Assembly: GCA_001643675.2 (NCBI GenBank) | Contig: LSRY02000013.1 | Span: 930,001-994,000 of the forward strand | Reading direction: 5' to 3' | Length of the DNA: 64,000 nt | DNA from: Monocercomonoides exilis PA203 | Taxonomy: Eukaryota > Protista > Preaxostyla | Part shown: positions 22,301 through 31,376 of the stretch, in pieces | Position numbering within the stretch: position 1 is the stretch's first letter | Layout: every line of letters begins with the position of its first letter | Program-made: the position numbers and the translations under genes | The notes under the pieces: model-generated | Told to the model about the DNA's origin: nothing | Database searches by the model: none | The model's input: only the letters and a program-made list of their open reading frames with translations

Positions 22301-24939
22301 AGATTGACAACACTGTTCTTCTTTGCTTGAGCATTTGCCTCACCAAAATCGCAGCTGGAAACAGTTATCTCCCCTGCTGATTGAGTGAACAATGCTTCCA
22401 CAGCAGAAGGAGTGCCTTCTCTTGGAAGATTAAAAATAAGATTGTCAAATGCGACAGAATCAGAAGCAGAAGCAGATGCAGTGTTGCATGTAAATCCAGA
22501 GTTAATAGCGACTTCAACAGAAGATTTTGAAGAAGAAGAAGAAGAAGATTGGAAAGAAAATGATTTTCCGCTCAAATCAACAACTGCATTCACAGAAAGT
22601 TTAGAAACAATTTTGACAATATTAACATTTTCGCTGAGGCGAGTCATTGCCTTCAGAAGAGTTGAACAGGGCCATTGAGAATAACCACATGCATCGTCTT
22701 CATCTTCATTGACGCCACTTGACGAATCAACAAACACAGAATTGTTGGTAAGTGAAAAGAAAAATGGATACAGAGAGAATTCATCGCTTGACCCAGAAGG
22801 AGAAGATGTTTCACTGCCATAAAATGCATTCAGCGACATTTCAAGTTTTGTTGTATCAGTCCAATCCCAATCGGTTATGTAATTCTTCAATTGATCATAT
22901 AGAATATACATATCTGTCCCCTTTGCTGCTTTGTTATCTGAGAAAATCAGTTGAGTCAATTTGATAGCATTTGCACCGTTTTCTGAAGAGTCTGTAAGCG
23001 ACAGATAGACAGCGCCTCCTCTGCCATTGGCTTCTGATGCTTTGCAAGAAGAGAAAGTGGAGTTGTGAATTGTCAAAAAGGGAGAAGAAGAAGATGATGA
23101 TGATGGAATTGTGATAGAAAGTGCTCCTCCATTCAAAGAAGAGGAAGAAGAAATGGTTGAATATGTGCAGCCTTCAATGGAAACAGAATTAGCTGCATTG
23201 ATTGCAATAAAAGGAGAATTCGATGCATCGTTTGAAACTTCTATGCCAGCATTTAAAGACGAAGAAGAAGAAGATGTGCTTGAAAAGAATGAAGATTTTC
23301 TTATAACAGAAGAATATGAAGAAGACGATGAAGAAGAGAAAAATGAAGTCATTGAATTCTTCATTGCACTGCTTCCTATTTGAATTGACACGTTTTCAAA
23401 CTTACAATTTTTCATTGAAAAAGTTTGCGTTCCACTTTCACAGCAAATGAAAGACGATTTTTTGAGAATTTTCTCTGCAAAATCGAACTCAATATTTGTC
23501 AGTGCAAGTTGTCCTGTTGTTGTTTTGATGAAAGTATTTGAGCTCCAATCTATTCCTGTCACAGTCACTTTGTTTAATGAAAGCTTTCCTCCATTTCCAC
23601 TTTCGCCCTTGTGGAGCAGGTAAAACAAGGCGTCGGAAAAAGTCGTCGAAGAAGCTGTAGATTCAAAGTCGAAATTACATAATTCAAATGAAAGAGATCC
23701 CAATGAAATCGAAGCAAAAGAAGATATTTGAGTTACGCTGGCTTCCCATTTAAATATTAAGTTTGAAAATGTCAGCAACTTATTTGCTTCTACTCCCTCA
23801 TCGTTTGCAAGCGAACCTGTTCCGGATATCTTCACATATGTTTCAATGGTATTTTCAGATGGACAAATCTCTGCTTTTCTCCCGCAAATCTTCCATTCTT
23901 CAGTCAAGTCAACTGATTTAATCACAAATACATAATCATCTTCACTTAAAGCAGAAACTGCTCTATTTAAAGTTTTCTTTGGATTTTCTTCTGAGCCATC
24001 ATTTGCATCGTTTCCTGAGGCATTAACATAAACAGCAACGATGCATTCTTTTGAAGAAGGGATCTCAGAAACAGAGAAAGAAGAATCAATAATGTCATCA
24101 TAATCGGTAAAGAGAATACTTTTTGGATTGTCTGTAACTCCTTTCAAGGAAGCAAAATTTTCAACAGTGATAGGATATTTTTCTCTATTCCAGTTTGTTA
24201 TATACAAGCAGTGCCCTCCTCTCTGAGAATTTGTTGAGCAGGCGTCAAATGTCAAACATTTCAATATAAATTGATTTTCAAATGCATTGCCGGACCTTAA
24301 ATAAATAGCGCCTCCTTCTTTTTTGGAAGTGCATTCAGAAAACCAACATCCAGTAATTGTTAATTTTCCATTACCAACGCTTCCAGAAATTGCACCTCCG
24401 CTGCATGCTGATGATTTGCAATTCGTGAAATTGCATTGAGTAATATCAAATGTAGAGCCAGTGATTCCAAGATCAAAGTTAATAACAGAACCATCTGACA
24501 ATCTAGATGTTTCAGAAAATTTCGTGTTTTCAATAACAACTTTGCGAGTACCTTTCAGTTCAATGAGAGGATTATCAGAAATCATAGTGATTTTGTAAAA
24601 TTTACAATCTTGTATCGCTATATTTCCATTTTGTCCAACGATAAATCTATTGCTTTGATTGATATTTGTCCATGAACAATTTATAATTGTAAATGAATGA
24701 AATTGATCCATAACTTCAATTAACACCCTTTTTCCACTAATATTTTCATAGTTTTTATTCTGTGCGCTCACTGAATTGCCAGCATTAGGTATTACTGGCC
24801 AATTATCCCAGTAATCGTTGTTTGCTCTTTTGACGCTTTTAGAACTCTGAAATCCAGATTTTAGTTGCTGCTCATATGAGTTTGTGCAGGTGAAAAAAGA
24901 AAAGAATAAAATAATCTTGCCTATGGAGGAAAAGAACAT
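16315..24939 (-). CDS. Giant type-I membrane protein: repeated pectin-lyase-like beta-helix ectodomain, TM helix, cytoplasmic kinase C-lobe-like domain
   Basis: Uninterrupted ORF with first ATG at 24939 and a signal-like MFFSSIGKIILFFSFFTCTNS. Many GG(A/G)(I/V)Y and F..N.A..G.D motifs, five CG....PC.T-type caps, TM AWMYACIACAVFLVLFVIMTVILIVFL, then RWKAPE, KSVVFTLGLTLYEM and WADEPNDRP. Confidence 0.88.
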   Translation of the reverse strand: MFFSSIGKIILFFSFFTCTNSYEQQLKSGFQSSKSVKRANNDYWDNWPVIPNAGNSVSAQNKNYENISGKRVLIEVMDQFHSFTIINCSWTNINQSNRFIVGQNGNIAIQDCKFYKITMISDNPLIELKGTRKVVIENTKFSETSRLSDGSVINFDLGITGSTFDITQCNFTNCKSSACSGGAISGSVGNGKLTITGCWFSECTSKKEGGAIYLRSGNAFENQFILKCLTFDACSTNSQRGGHCLYITNWNREKYPITVENFASLKGVTDNPKSILFTDYDDIIDSSFSVSEIPSSKECIVAVYVNASGNDANDGSEENPKKTLNRAVSALSEDDYVFVIKSVDLTEEWKICGRKAEICPSENTIETYVKISGTGSLANDEGVEANKLLTFSNLIFKWEASVTQISSFASISLGSLSFELCNFDFESTASSTTFSDALFYLLHKGESGNGGKLSLNKVTVTGIDWSSNTFIKTTTGQLALTNIEFDFAEKILKKSSFICCESGTQTFSMKNCKFENVSIQIGSSAMKNSMTSFFSSSSSSSYSSVIRKSSFFSSTSSSSSSLNAGIEVSNDASNSPFIAINAANSVSIEGCTYSTISSSSSLNGGALSITIPSSSSSSSPFLTIHNSTFSSCKASEANGRGGAVYLSLTDSSENGANAIKLTQLIFSDNKAAKGTDMYILYDQLKNYITDWDWTDTTKLEMSLNAFYGSETSSPSGSSDEFSLYPFFFSLTNNSVFVDSSSGVNEDEDDACGYSQWPCSTLLKAMTRLSENVNIVKIVSKLSVNAVVDLSGKSFSFQSSSSSSSKSSVEVAINSGFTCNTASASASDSVAFDNLIFNLPREGTPSAVEALFTQSAGEITVSSCDFGEANAQAKKNSVVNLAVLTGGIFTLQQTNIQSISFSSAQEGGVIQISSNAELKIDRSSFSSVVLGSDVLISSNECKSLSIEGSTFNDISSTSSNGTVGFVKMAQGNAFSVKSSSFSKCSGSSGTASASLYLQLDNSIDPSSLTGSPLHVEKLTFTKAYGQTGEKETFIFVDASYLKSVVSSSSFVFDSLPTDLNAMMGRERSTTNEKLDIPLLVYLWSNFTSTGFVGNGNGGDFSGCGFSEAPCKTINHILKLRFNAFTADNSVVKVKASSSVEKPLHLSSSDVKLSLESSEGESTVSITDTDASNSKQCFFSVAMDFSISKITLSIPENLNASRASLFDCSAQTLSFQNSKIALAQSVTNINYDVIVVEGAGCLNVDHLSMNNVYPASGKHFIAYRTTDESSVFGVISFLTGSFTTNSGASEIILVEGKSKCEIKNVTLSQIENGDNSVIKVTSSKSLTINNNTFKQCKVNSANGGAILIEESKATDFSSEITVNNCVFDECDTLNTDGKGGAIYARPVASTKLIISSCSFKSCQAPADPPMIGYGGGIYLDLAANSNNFVITSPTFGEGDKVNVASFGKDLFASSASLKDSITEQTLPFAKQISIENVDSMRGFDGSDKANAIPLAYFFHSYGDAPYVGEDGVDVIVCGFTTYPCKTVQRALGKIESAEKKQVFVMEGAKIEGELTIEDIEHLIIGNDVSQQADPVPTKKKLITANGGTNTKGLINVKVKCAFEFISLNIPASFGYHTSLIELSVSESNLILNNDDFVFSGECNTLIIKALQGSVSITNCDLINQNLKSSILEISSFAVSGTIDNFKVDGITLSNSPLIALSPAYSASASASASDTQFSVENNRRTNDECIVRIANSNFTNIELSQNAGGCVISPNPQSNFEAINCIINETRFSTCASSSDKGGAILFNHPAPDGSLRIEECSFTRCSASLNGRGGGLYLDCVQNQNPDEAKSPAINFRMKLANFSMNDAFYGKDFFIFCDNINEQVTNELFSLDYSQATFEDDKAFCGTDASQMDINLLSLIRFYRSEQIFVSSSASEDNSICGRENIPCWSVSEGTKHVDEGYARFLWILDEADVGGETVMDDLTVRSRLKENCKINLIKEYANISADSSLIQTSDDVFITLCDFAFGSAFQSKHVSVFNQINGTTSIAQCTFTGEDETATIHSALFGVQKGRLDILKTSISLLTVGGSLIRTGQEGNALLSNSTVTDINANNGILDGKQGNASLERVNITNCNSNFSIFVFSSQSCASLLKVKISTTEIKDGAIILINTDKNPDIVSSNSSFSVLQLPNEEAINHVLTINTLTVEHVKRITNGACVISASGESTLLSSTPSSSSPYSSLSASTLFTLQLTNCSFIDCCSPSSKGSIASFFSCTDIQLHDCLFDGSTVTETSSNMKAAVNDDKYRQMTNVQLDEPEICTWQGSLLHLDQSSAAIEMTTFANSAKGGLSITSSNATLSSCRFEGNKPNIYGFESVNRNIRCVGKKSLLNIESVVSSGDEENEATSSLWILNEGCKLSGAVADRQSPFFIPSLKRATNKTVGDNRVITVSGSLLIPCDLSLRIIYDHSSSSEIVKHEFSSFVSETEAIATVPEAEIAEKGDKSVMSIQLVFNEKNGRNPSYSAILMLQNLSKDDSSSSNDIISQSDSGGNSAWMYACIACAVFLVLFVIMTVILIVFLRKSSTRSEEKMMEMKEDIQNLEEKLTRNNKEKDGRFQNEEMPSTLLEGMTSQIPLLVEEELEELPPPPELEGFSGDESDSPEHLDQSFASTVESVKHSALARQIKMLSTKKPFRERQISDAQTLHSIIHSVQGDLTLGTRSMDVVDEKETVLAIAKLFAHLLKTGDERGNMMAANLCPFTIFIKKREEGENEVLVMAEEIEDEMIKNSMKRWKAPEENIGNANEESERETDRIEKSVVFTLGLTLYEMIAGEEPLSECDTEEAQEMMRDGVRPLTEGIEGEELVELMEKMWADEPNDRPFLDEVIRSLTSLRQNREDEN

Positions 24940-26065
24940 AAATAAAAAAGAAAAGCATTTGTATTGGTTATCATGATCAATAATCACAAAATATAATCAA
25001 TCATCAAATATTTTTTTTTATTCAAAAAATAATAACATGTATTCAAGGCGCAACTTTTTTTCCATCAAATACAGCACGATTATTATTCATCTTTATCGAT
25101 ATAAATCATTTATTTTTGTGATGAAAAATCACATACGCATTTCAAAGCACAAAAAATAATTTATTTTATATAAAATTTGAAGTTCTTGTTTGAGCATTTA
25201 TATGAACTTCAATTTTGTATGTATTTTATGTCTTATTCTTTATTTTTTGATATGATTTCGAAAAATGAACATTCAAACATCCATCTTTTATTATTTATTC
25301 TGAAAAATTGTTTGTTCAATACGAATTGAATCTTCAATGCAGATACTTGAATACGACGGTCATCACTTCATTTTGACATGAAATAATTTTCCTTCTCTAT
25401 ATGTTTAATATTTTATTCATTTCATGCATGTGCCCAACTAAAATGCTTTGTATTTTTCAAACTTTGTGATATTTTTTTTTCAAATAATTGTCTTTTCTTC
25501 GAAAAAAAATACAAAATGTTAAAAGATATCTTTTCATCCCTTAATTGTTCATTAAATAAATAAAAAAGAATTTATTTTCATTTCCTGTTCTATTGAAATA
25601 CAAAGGGAAAATCAAATCTTGCTTCTTCCATCACACAAACAAATTTAGAATCATTTTCAGATCTCTTTGAGATGTTAAATTTCTCTACGAAAAGATTGTC
25701 ACATTTATGTAATTTTACTGGTTCTTGGGCTTTGTGAATGTTTTAAATAATATATCTTCATTTCAAACAAGAACAAATAAAAATGCATTTATTAATTTGT
25801 TTGCTTTCATATATAAATTGCTGTATTTCCCTCAAAGATGCTTTTCAGAATATCATCTCGCTCTTTTCCAAAATTAATACACCACCATCATCACCGTATA
25901 TACTTACAGAAAATAATAATTCTAATTCTGCAGGACAGATTCATTCAGTGAACTCTCATTTTGCAAATTGATATTACTGTTCAAAGATTATAACTCGATC
26001 GTTAAATCCATTACAAATAAAGAAAAAAGGATCGAGCGTTGTTTCTCTTCATTGTCCTTGCCAGA

Positions 26066-27610
26066 ATGTCAACACAAGATGAAACGGTATGAGTGCATTT
26101 GTTTTTATTCCTATTTTGCATTTTTATTTTTCATCTATTTCATATATCCAAACTTGTTCCCATTCAATGTAAATGGCAAAACGGCATTGTTTTTTGAAAA
26201 TAATGCATTTCAAAAATCCAGACGAAAAAGGTTGTAAAAAAATTCAATGGTGTGCAATTTGTTGTTGCATATGAAATCTTGTTAATTGCGGCCTTTCCTA
26301 ATTTTTTTGAAGAAATATTAAAAGAACTTGAACATTGCGATGAAGACGAGCAGAAAAAGAAAATCGAAGAAATGAACAAAATGACTGGGGAAATGAATGA
26401 AGAAGAATTCAAATCCGTTTTCACTGCAAGAATGTTCAATAAAATTAATGAAATAATAAAAGTTAAAAAATTGACTATAGAAAATTTGATTTTACTATTG
26501 AAGCGCATTAGTTATTTCAAAATGCTTGCGTTCATCTCTACTCAAAGTTTTAACTATTCTTTGTTGTGCAAAAAACTCAAGGCGTTAATAATTGATGAAG
26601 ACAAGAAAAAAGAAAGAATGAATGAAAAATATTTTATTGATCTTTGTGAATGCTATATTTCCCTAAGTTACAACTTCCCCCCTGAATTACTTTCAATATG
26701 TATTCCTTGCCTTTTGAAAGTTGCGTTGAATAAGGAGGAAAACGAGGAAACACAAAATGAAGTAGAAATGGCGTTGCTGGCTTTGAGTAATATTATATAT
26801 AGTGTATGAACATTTCTATTACGCATTTGATAATATTATTTTCTTTTCTTTTCTTTTCGTTTATAGAAAGTGGCAAAAGAGCTGTATATAAAGGAAATAG
26901 TAGAAATCATGAAATATCATCAGGAACATCGCAACCTGACACATCTTGCGTATCAATCAGCTTGGCATTTTTTGATTAACCGATTTAGGCAAGATAAAAG
27001 TTTGGAAGATGTAATTGTCAATGAGCTGCATTTTGCGAGAGAAACAGCAGGAGAGTTGAATGGGCTGTCGAAATGTGTTGATTGGAAGAGAGAAAAAGAA
27101 GAGGAAAAGGCGGTTGTGTTGATGGAATGGCTCAAAGCATTAGATATTTGTTTTATCTATTTTCGATCGAGGAATGAAGTATTTATTCTGCTTACCAACT
27201 GTATTGTAAAGTTGTTTCGAGCAGCGAAGGATAAACATAGAAAAATTAGTACATATTGCATTTATTTGTTTAAAGTTGCAGCGGAATTCGGTGCTTTTCA
27301 AATAAGTCATTTGTTGAATGGAGGGGCGGTTGATGCTGTTTTGGAGGAGATTCATGAGCCAACGTTGAATGATGGAATAGTAGGTAAAATGTTGTTATTC
27401 TTTATGAATATTTCAAAGAAATTAAAAAAAGAAGGAGGTGACGAAATGGATATGAAAGAAAGGAAAATGATGAAAATGGACATATTTGAAAAGGCTGAAG
27501 AAGAAGGATATGAAGATGCCATTGCAGGTTTTCATAAAACAATTAATTTTCTTAACAATAAGTTTCATTTTAAATCATTAAATATTGCTGATTATTTTAT
27601 GAATATTTGA
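26066..27610 (+). CDS. Lineage-specific helical (ARM-like) multigene family member, copy 1
   Basis: Spliced MSTQDET/TKKVVKKFN/EILKELEHC..; family motifs DLCECY, CLLKVALNKEENEETQNEVEMALLALS, YHQEHRNLTHLAYQSAW, NELHFARE and EEEGYED. Confidence 0.8.
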
Positions 27611-27791
27611 GAAAATACGTTGAATTTTGTCTCAAAAATTGCATTTCAGTTTTCATTCTCATTTTACAATTCAACGAGTGATTATTATGCACTTTAAAAA
27701 TTGAAAAGGGAATCAATATTAATAAAAATAATTTATGGATTTATGAATTTCTTTAAATGATGCAAATTATCTTCAAGAAAATGATAATTAA

Positions 27792-27942
<151 letters not shown>

Positions 27943-28292
27943 TTTGAGAAAATATATTTCTCTTTCTGTCTTTTGTTCCAAGTGACAATTTTGTATCTTT
28001 CTCGTTATTCATTATTTTTAATCATATTTTTGTGAACAATACAAGAGTGATTCTTATTTGAAAGCAAAAAAATTTTGCAACAAAACGAGGTTTATTTTCT
28101 AAAAAGGGCTAAATATTTGCTCCATACACAATTTGACAACATCTTTCATTAATAAAATTCAATTCAGCAATTTTGAATCAACAATTAATTTTTTCCTAGA
28201 GAAATTGCAAGGTTTCAAAAATAATTGCTCTCTTTTCTTTGAAATTGATATGTGACTAACTGAAATCATGAAAATTTTTCGAAAATCAAATA

Positions 28293-29275
28293 GGGTCAGA
28301 TTTTTATTAGTACCCCGTTTTTTATTAGATCCTAAATTTTTTTTTTCTTGTATTGCTTCATACAGAAGCTTGTATTCAATGAGAATAATTTTAAAACAAA
28401 TAATATATTATTATAAGGTTGAATGCTTAATATTTTTGAAAATTTATTCTTTAAAAAAAAGATCTGAATTTTTTAAGTTTTATTTTTTGATCAATGTTTT
28501 GCTCGTGTTTCCACGAGTTTTTGAAACTGAGTGTTTTCCTTGTTGGCATTGTGTTTAAACTTTCCTTTTTAACATTTTTGGTTATTTTATAACTTGAGAA
28601 ACTCTTTTTTTTCAATTGTTTTCACACATCACCTTTTTTTCGTAAAACGAAAATATCAACATAGGAAATTATTATTAACAAGATTGCTTTTTTTTCAATG
28701 ATGTATTATTTTATGTATTATCATATACTTAAGCTTTCTTTGTGTATTTCATGTGTATTAAAAGAAAAATGAGAAAAACAAATTATTAACTTTTTCCAAT
28801 TCTGATATTAATACTTTTTAATGAGAATTTTCATAACTTTTATTATTTGAAACACTAATTTATATACTTAACGCGCATGATAATTTTAATAAATAACAAC
28901 TTATTCGTTAAAAATTTAAGTTTTACGAAAAAAATGTGATGTGTGAAAACAATTGAAAAAAAAGAGTTTCTCAAGTTATAAAATAACCAAAAATGTTAAA
29001 AAGGAAAGTTTAAACACAATGCCAACAAGGAAAACACTCAGTTTCAAAAACTCGTGGAAACACGAGCAAAACATTGATCAAAAAATAAAACTTAAAAAAT
29101 TCAGATCTTTTTTTTAAAGAATAAATTTTCAAAAATATTAAGCATACAACCTTATAATAATATATTATTTGTTTTAAAATTATTCTCATTGAATACAAGC
29201 TTCTGTATGAAGCAATACAAGAAAAAAAAAATTTAGGATCTAATAAAAAACGGGGTACTAATAAAAATCTGACCC
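28293..29275. mobile_element. Non-autonomous foldback/MITE-like DNA transposon (983 bp) with 356-bp TIRs
   Basis: Left TIR 28293-28648 and right TIR 28920-29275 are near-perfect reverse complements (two mismatches noticed). Termini GGGTCAGA..TCTGACCC are flanked by TA on both sides. No transposase. Confidence 0.9.
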
Positions 29276-30801
29276 TATTTTTTCGCTTTGACCAATAACA
29301 AAAAACAAAAAAATGAAATTTTTTGTTTTGGGAAAATGAAGACAGGGAAAAAATTATTAGGAAAAAAAGAATTTTAATTGAAAAAATAGAAAAAGGAAAA
29401 AGGAAAAAAAAAAAGCTTTAATTATGATTTCGTTGTTGTTTTTGGAAATATCGAAAAATTCACTTGTCAATGATTTTTCACAAAATTTTTCACAAAAATG
29501 AAAAAAATGTACGAGAATTCTTTGAGAGGTAAAAATTATGTTTTGAAACGATCCTTTGGTGTAATTGCAGAAATACGGGTGAAAATTTTTGAAATCAAAC
29601 ATTTTTTTGAGGGCAAATTTCAACAAAGTTTCTGAACATTTGATTATCAGTTCTTGTTGTATTGCGCAATGCATTGCAGTTGTCGCAGATGCTATCATTG
29701 GAAATGCAAAAAAGATAATGAACTATTTCACAAAAGTTGAAAAATTTATTGGAACGCTTCATCTTTTATCTTTTAAATATTTTTACTGATGCCATCGAAA
29801 AAAAAAAAAAAAATTACAACAATAATCACCCAATTAATGCTGCTTGTACCGACAATTTTCAACAATATTTCCGCCTTCTATAATTCGAATTCGAAAAAAA
29901 ATTCAATTTGGGTGTTCTTTTATAACTGGAACTTGAAATAAAATTTGCCGAATGAATTCAGAAAATTTCAAGATATCATTATACCAAATTAATAAATCTC
30001 ACTCAAATAAAAATTGTTAATAAAAAATAAAAAAAAAAAAAAAAATTAAAATCAAATTTTCGAAGTTTTTTTTTTCAATTTTTTAAAACCATCACACTAA
30101 TGATAATTTTTTAGAATATTAATATGTTTTTTTGAATGTCCCAATGGAAAGAACGTATTTTCAATCGCACTCTTTGAATAGCCAAAGACAAGAATTATTT
30201 CTGCAATCATTTTTTTGTTTATTTTGTGAAAATGAAAATATAAACATCATTTTTAAATATAAAAAAGTATTTCTTTCCTTTTTGAAAATACATCATATAA
30301 AGTTATTTTTCTTTTTTTTTCAAGAATAAAAATGAAAGTTTTTTTTTAAAAATACATTACTTGAGAATTATTAATTAACTAAGAAATCTGATGAGATATT
30401 AATAATAATAATTTCTTCGAAAAAATACAAGTTATTCATTTCAGAAAACAAAAGGATTTCATTTCAAAATTGTATTATTCTTTTTCGAAATCTTATAAGA
30501 TATTTCTGATATCAAATATTTATTAATAGAATATGAGCAATTTTTCGCGCAAAAAATTAATAAATTAAAAAAATAACGTTAACATAAAGATAGATGAGAG
30601 AAAAATAAATAAACTCATAAAAAGAACAATTTTTTTTCAGTTAAGCAGATTTAATCCTAATCAAAATGATTGAAAAAAAAAAAAAAAAAGAACAAGAAAA
30701 AGACAAATATTTGAAAAAAAAATATTGTTTAAATTAATGTTGAATATAGTTAATAAAATAGTACTTTTAAATTTCTAATATTTTTTCTTGAAAACCAACC
30801 T

Positions 30802-30874
30802 GCCTCAATGGCTTAGTTGGCAGAGCGCTTGCCTAGTAAGCAAGAGGTCCGGAGTTCGATTCTCCGTTGAGGCT
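30802..30874 (+). tRNA. tRNA-Thr (anticodon AGT)
   Basis: Acceptor stem GCCTCAA/TTGAGGC; D arm TGGCTTAGTTGGCAGAGC; anticodon arm CTTGC-CTAGTAA-GCAAG; T loop GTTCGATTC; followed by an oligo-T Pol III terminator. Confidence 0.96.
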
Positions 30875-31376
30875 TTATTTTTCTAACTATTAAAGTGTTT
30901 TTTTAAACATCCATTTGAAAGAAAGAAAGTAATTGAAAAGTGTTATAGTGTGTATTTTTATACATTCCATACAAGAAAGCAACCAATTGTGTAATTTAAA
31001 GTGAAAAATTCTCGATATATCAATTGTTTGATGTTGCCTACCGAAATAGATAAGAGATATTTAAAAATATAATTGAAAATGTTATCATTTATATATGTGA
31101 ATTGATGTCTTAAAACCAGAAGCATTATTGAAAGAGATGTCCTTTTCGAATTTCATTTTATAGACAATGATCTCTTTTTTTAACACATGATAATTTTCTT
31201 ATTATGAACGAGAATGCTTTTTTGATGGATGCACCCAATGAAAGTTACAGTAAATTACAAATAAATAATATTTTTATGTAGAAAGAAAAAAATTTAAATC
31301 AGAGACTTTTCATGAATGATGAAAAAATTAATTTATTGAAAACAAACAATAAAAAAATGTTTGTATTTAGAAGTCA

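Noticed and set aside
16315-24939. Bacterial autotransporter/Pmp gene or contaminant
   Set aside because: GGAI-like repeats are present, but there is no beta-barrel; it has a single TM and a eukaryotic kinase-derived tail, and lies among intron-containing genes.
28268-29198. Near-identical short ORFs 28268-28558 (+) and 29010-29198 (-)
   Set aside because: They are mirror readings of the two TIRs of the foldback element, AT-rich and without protein features.
28280-29290. Mutator-type 9-bp TSD or Spy-type AAA|TTT insertion
   Set aside because: No 8-11-bp direct repeat in the flanks; the AAA/TTT context fits this copy but not the 61-kb copy.
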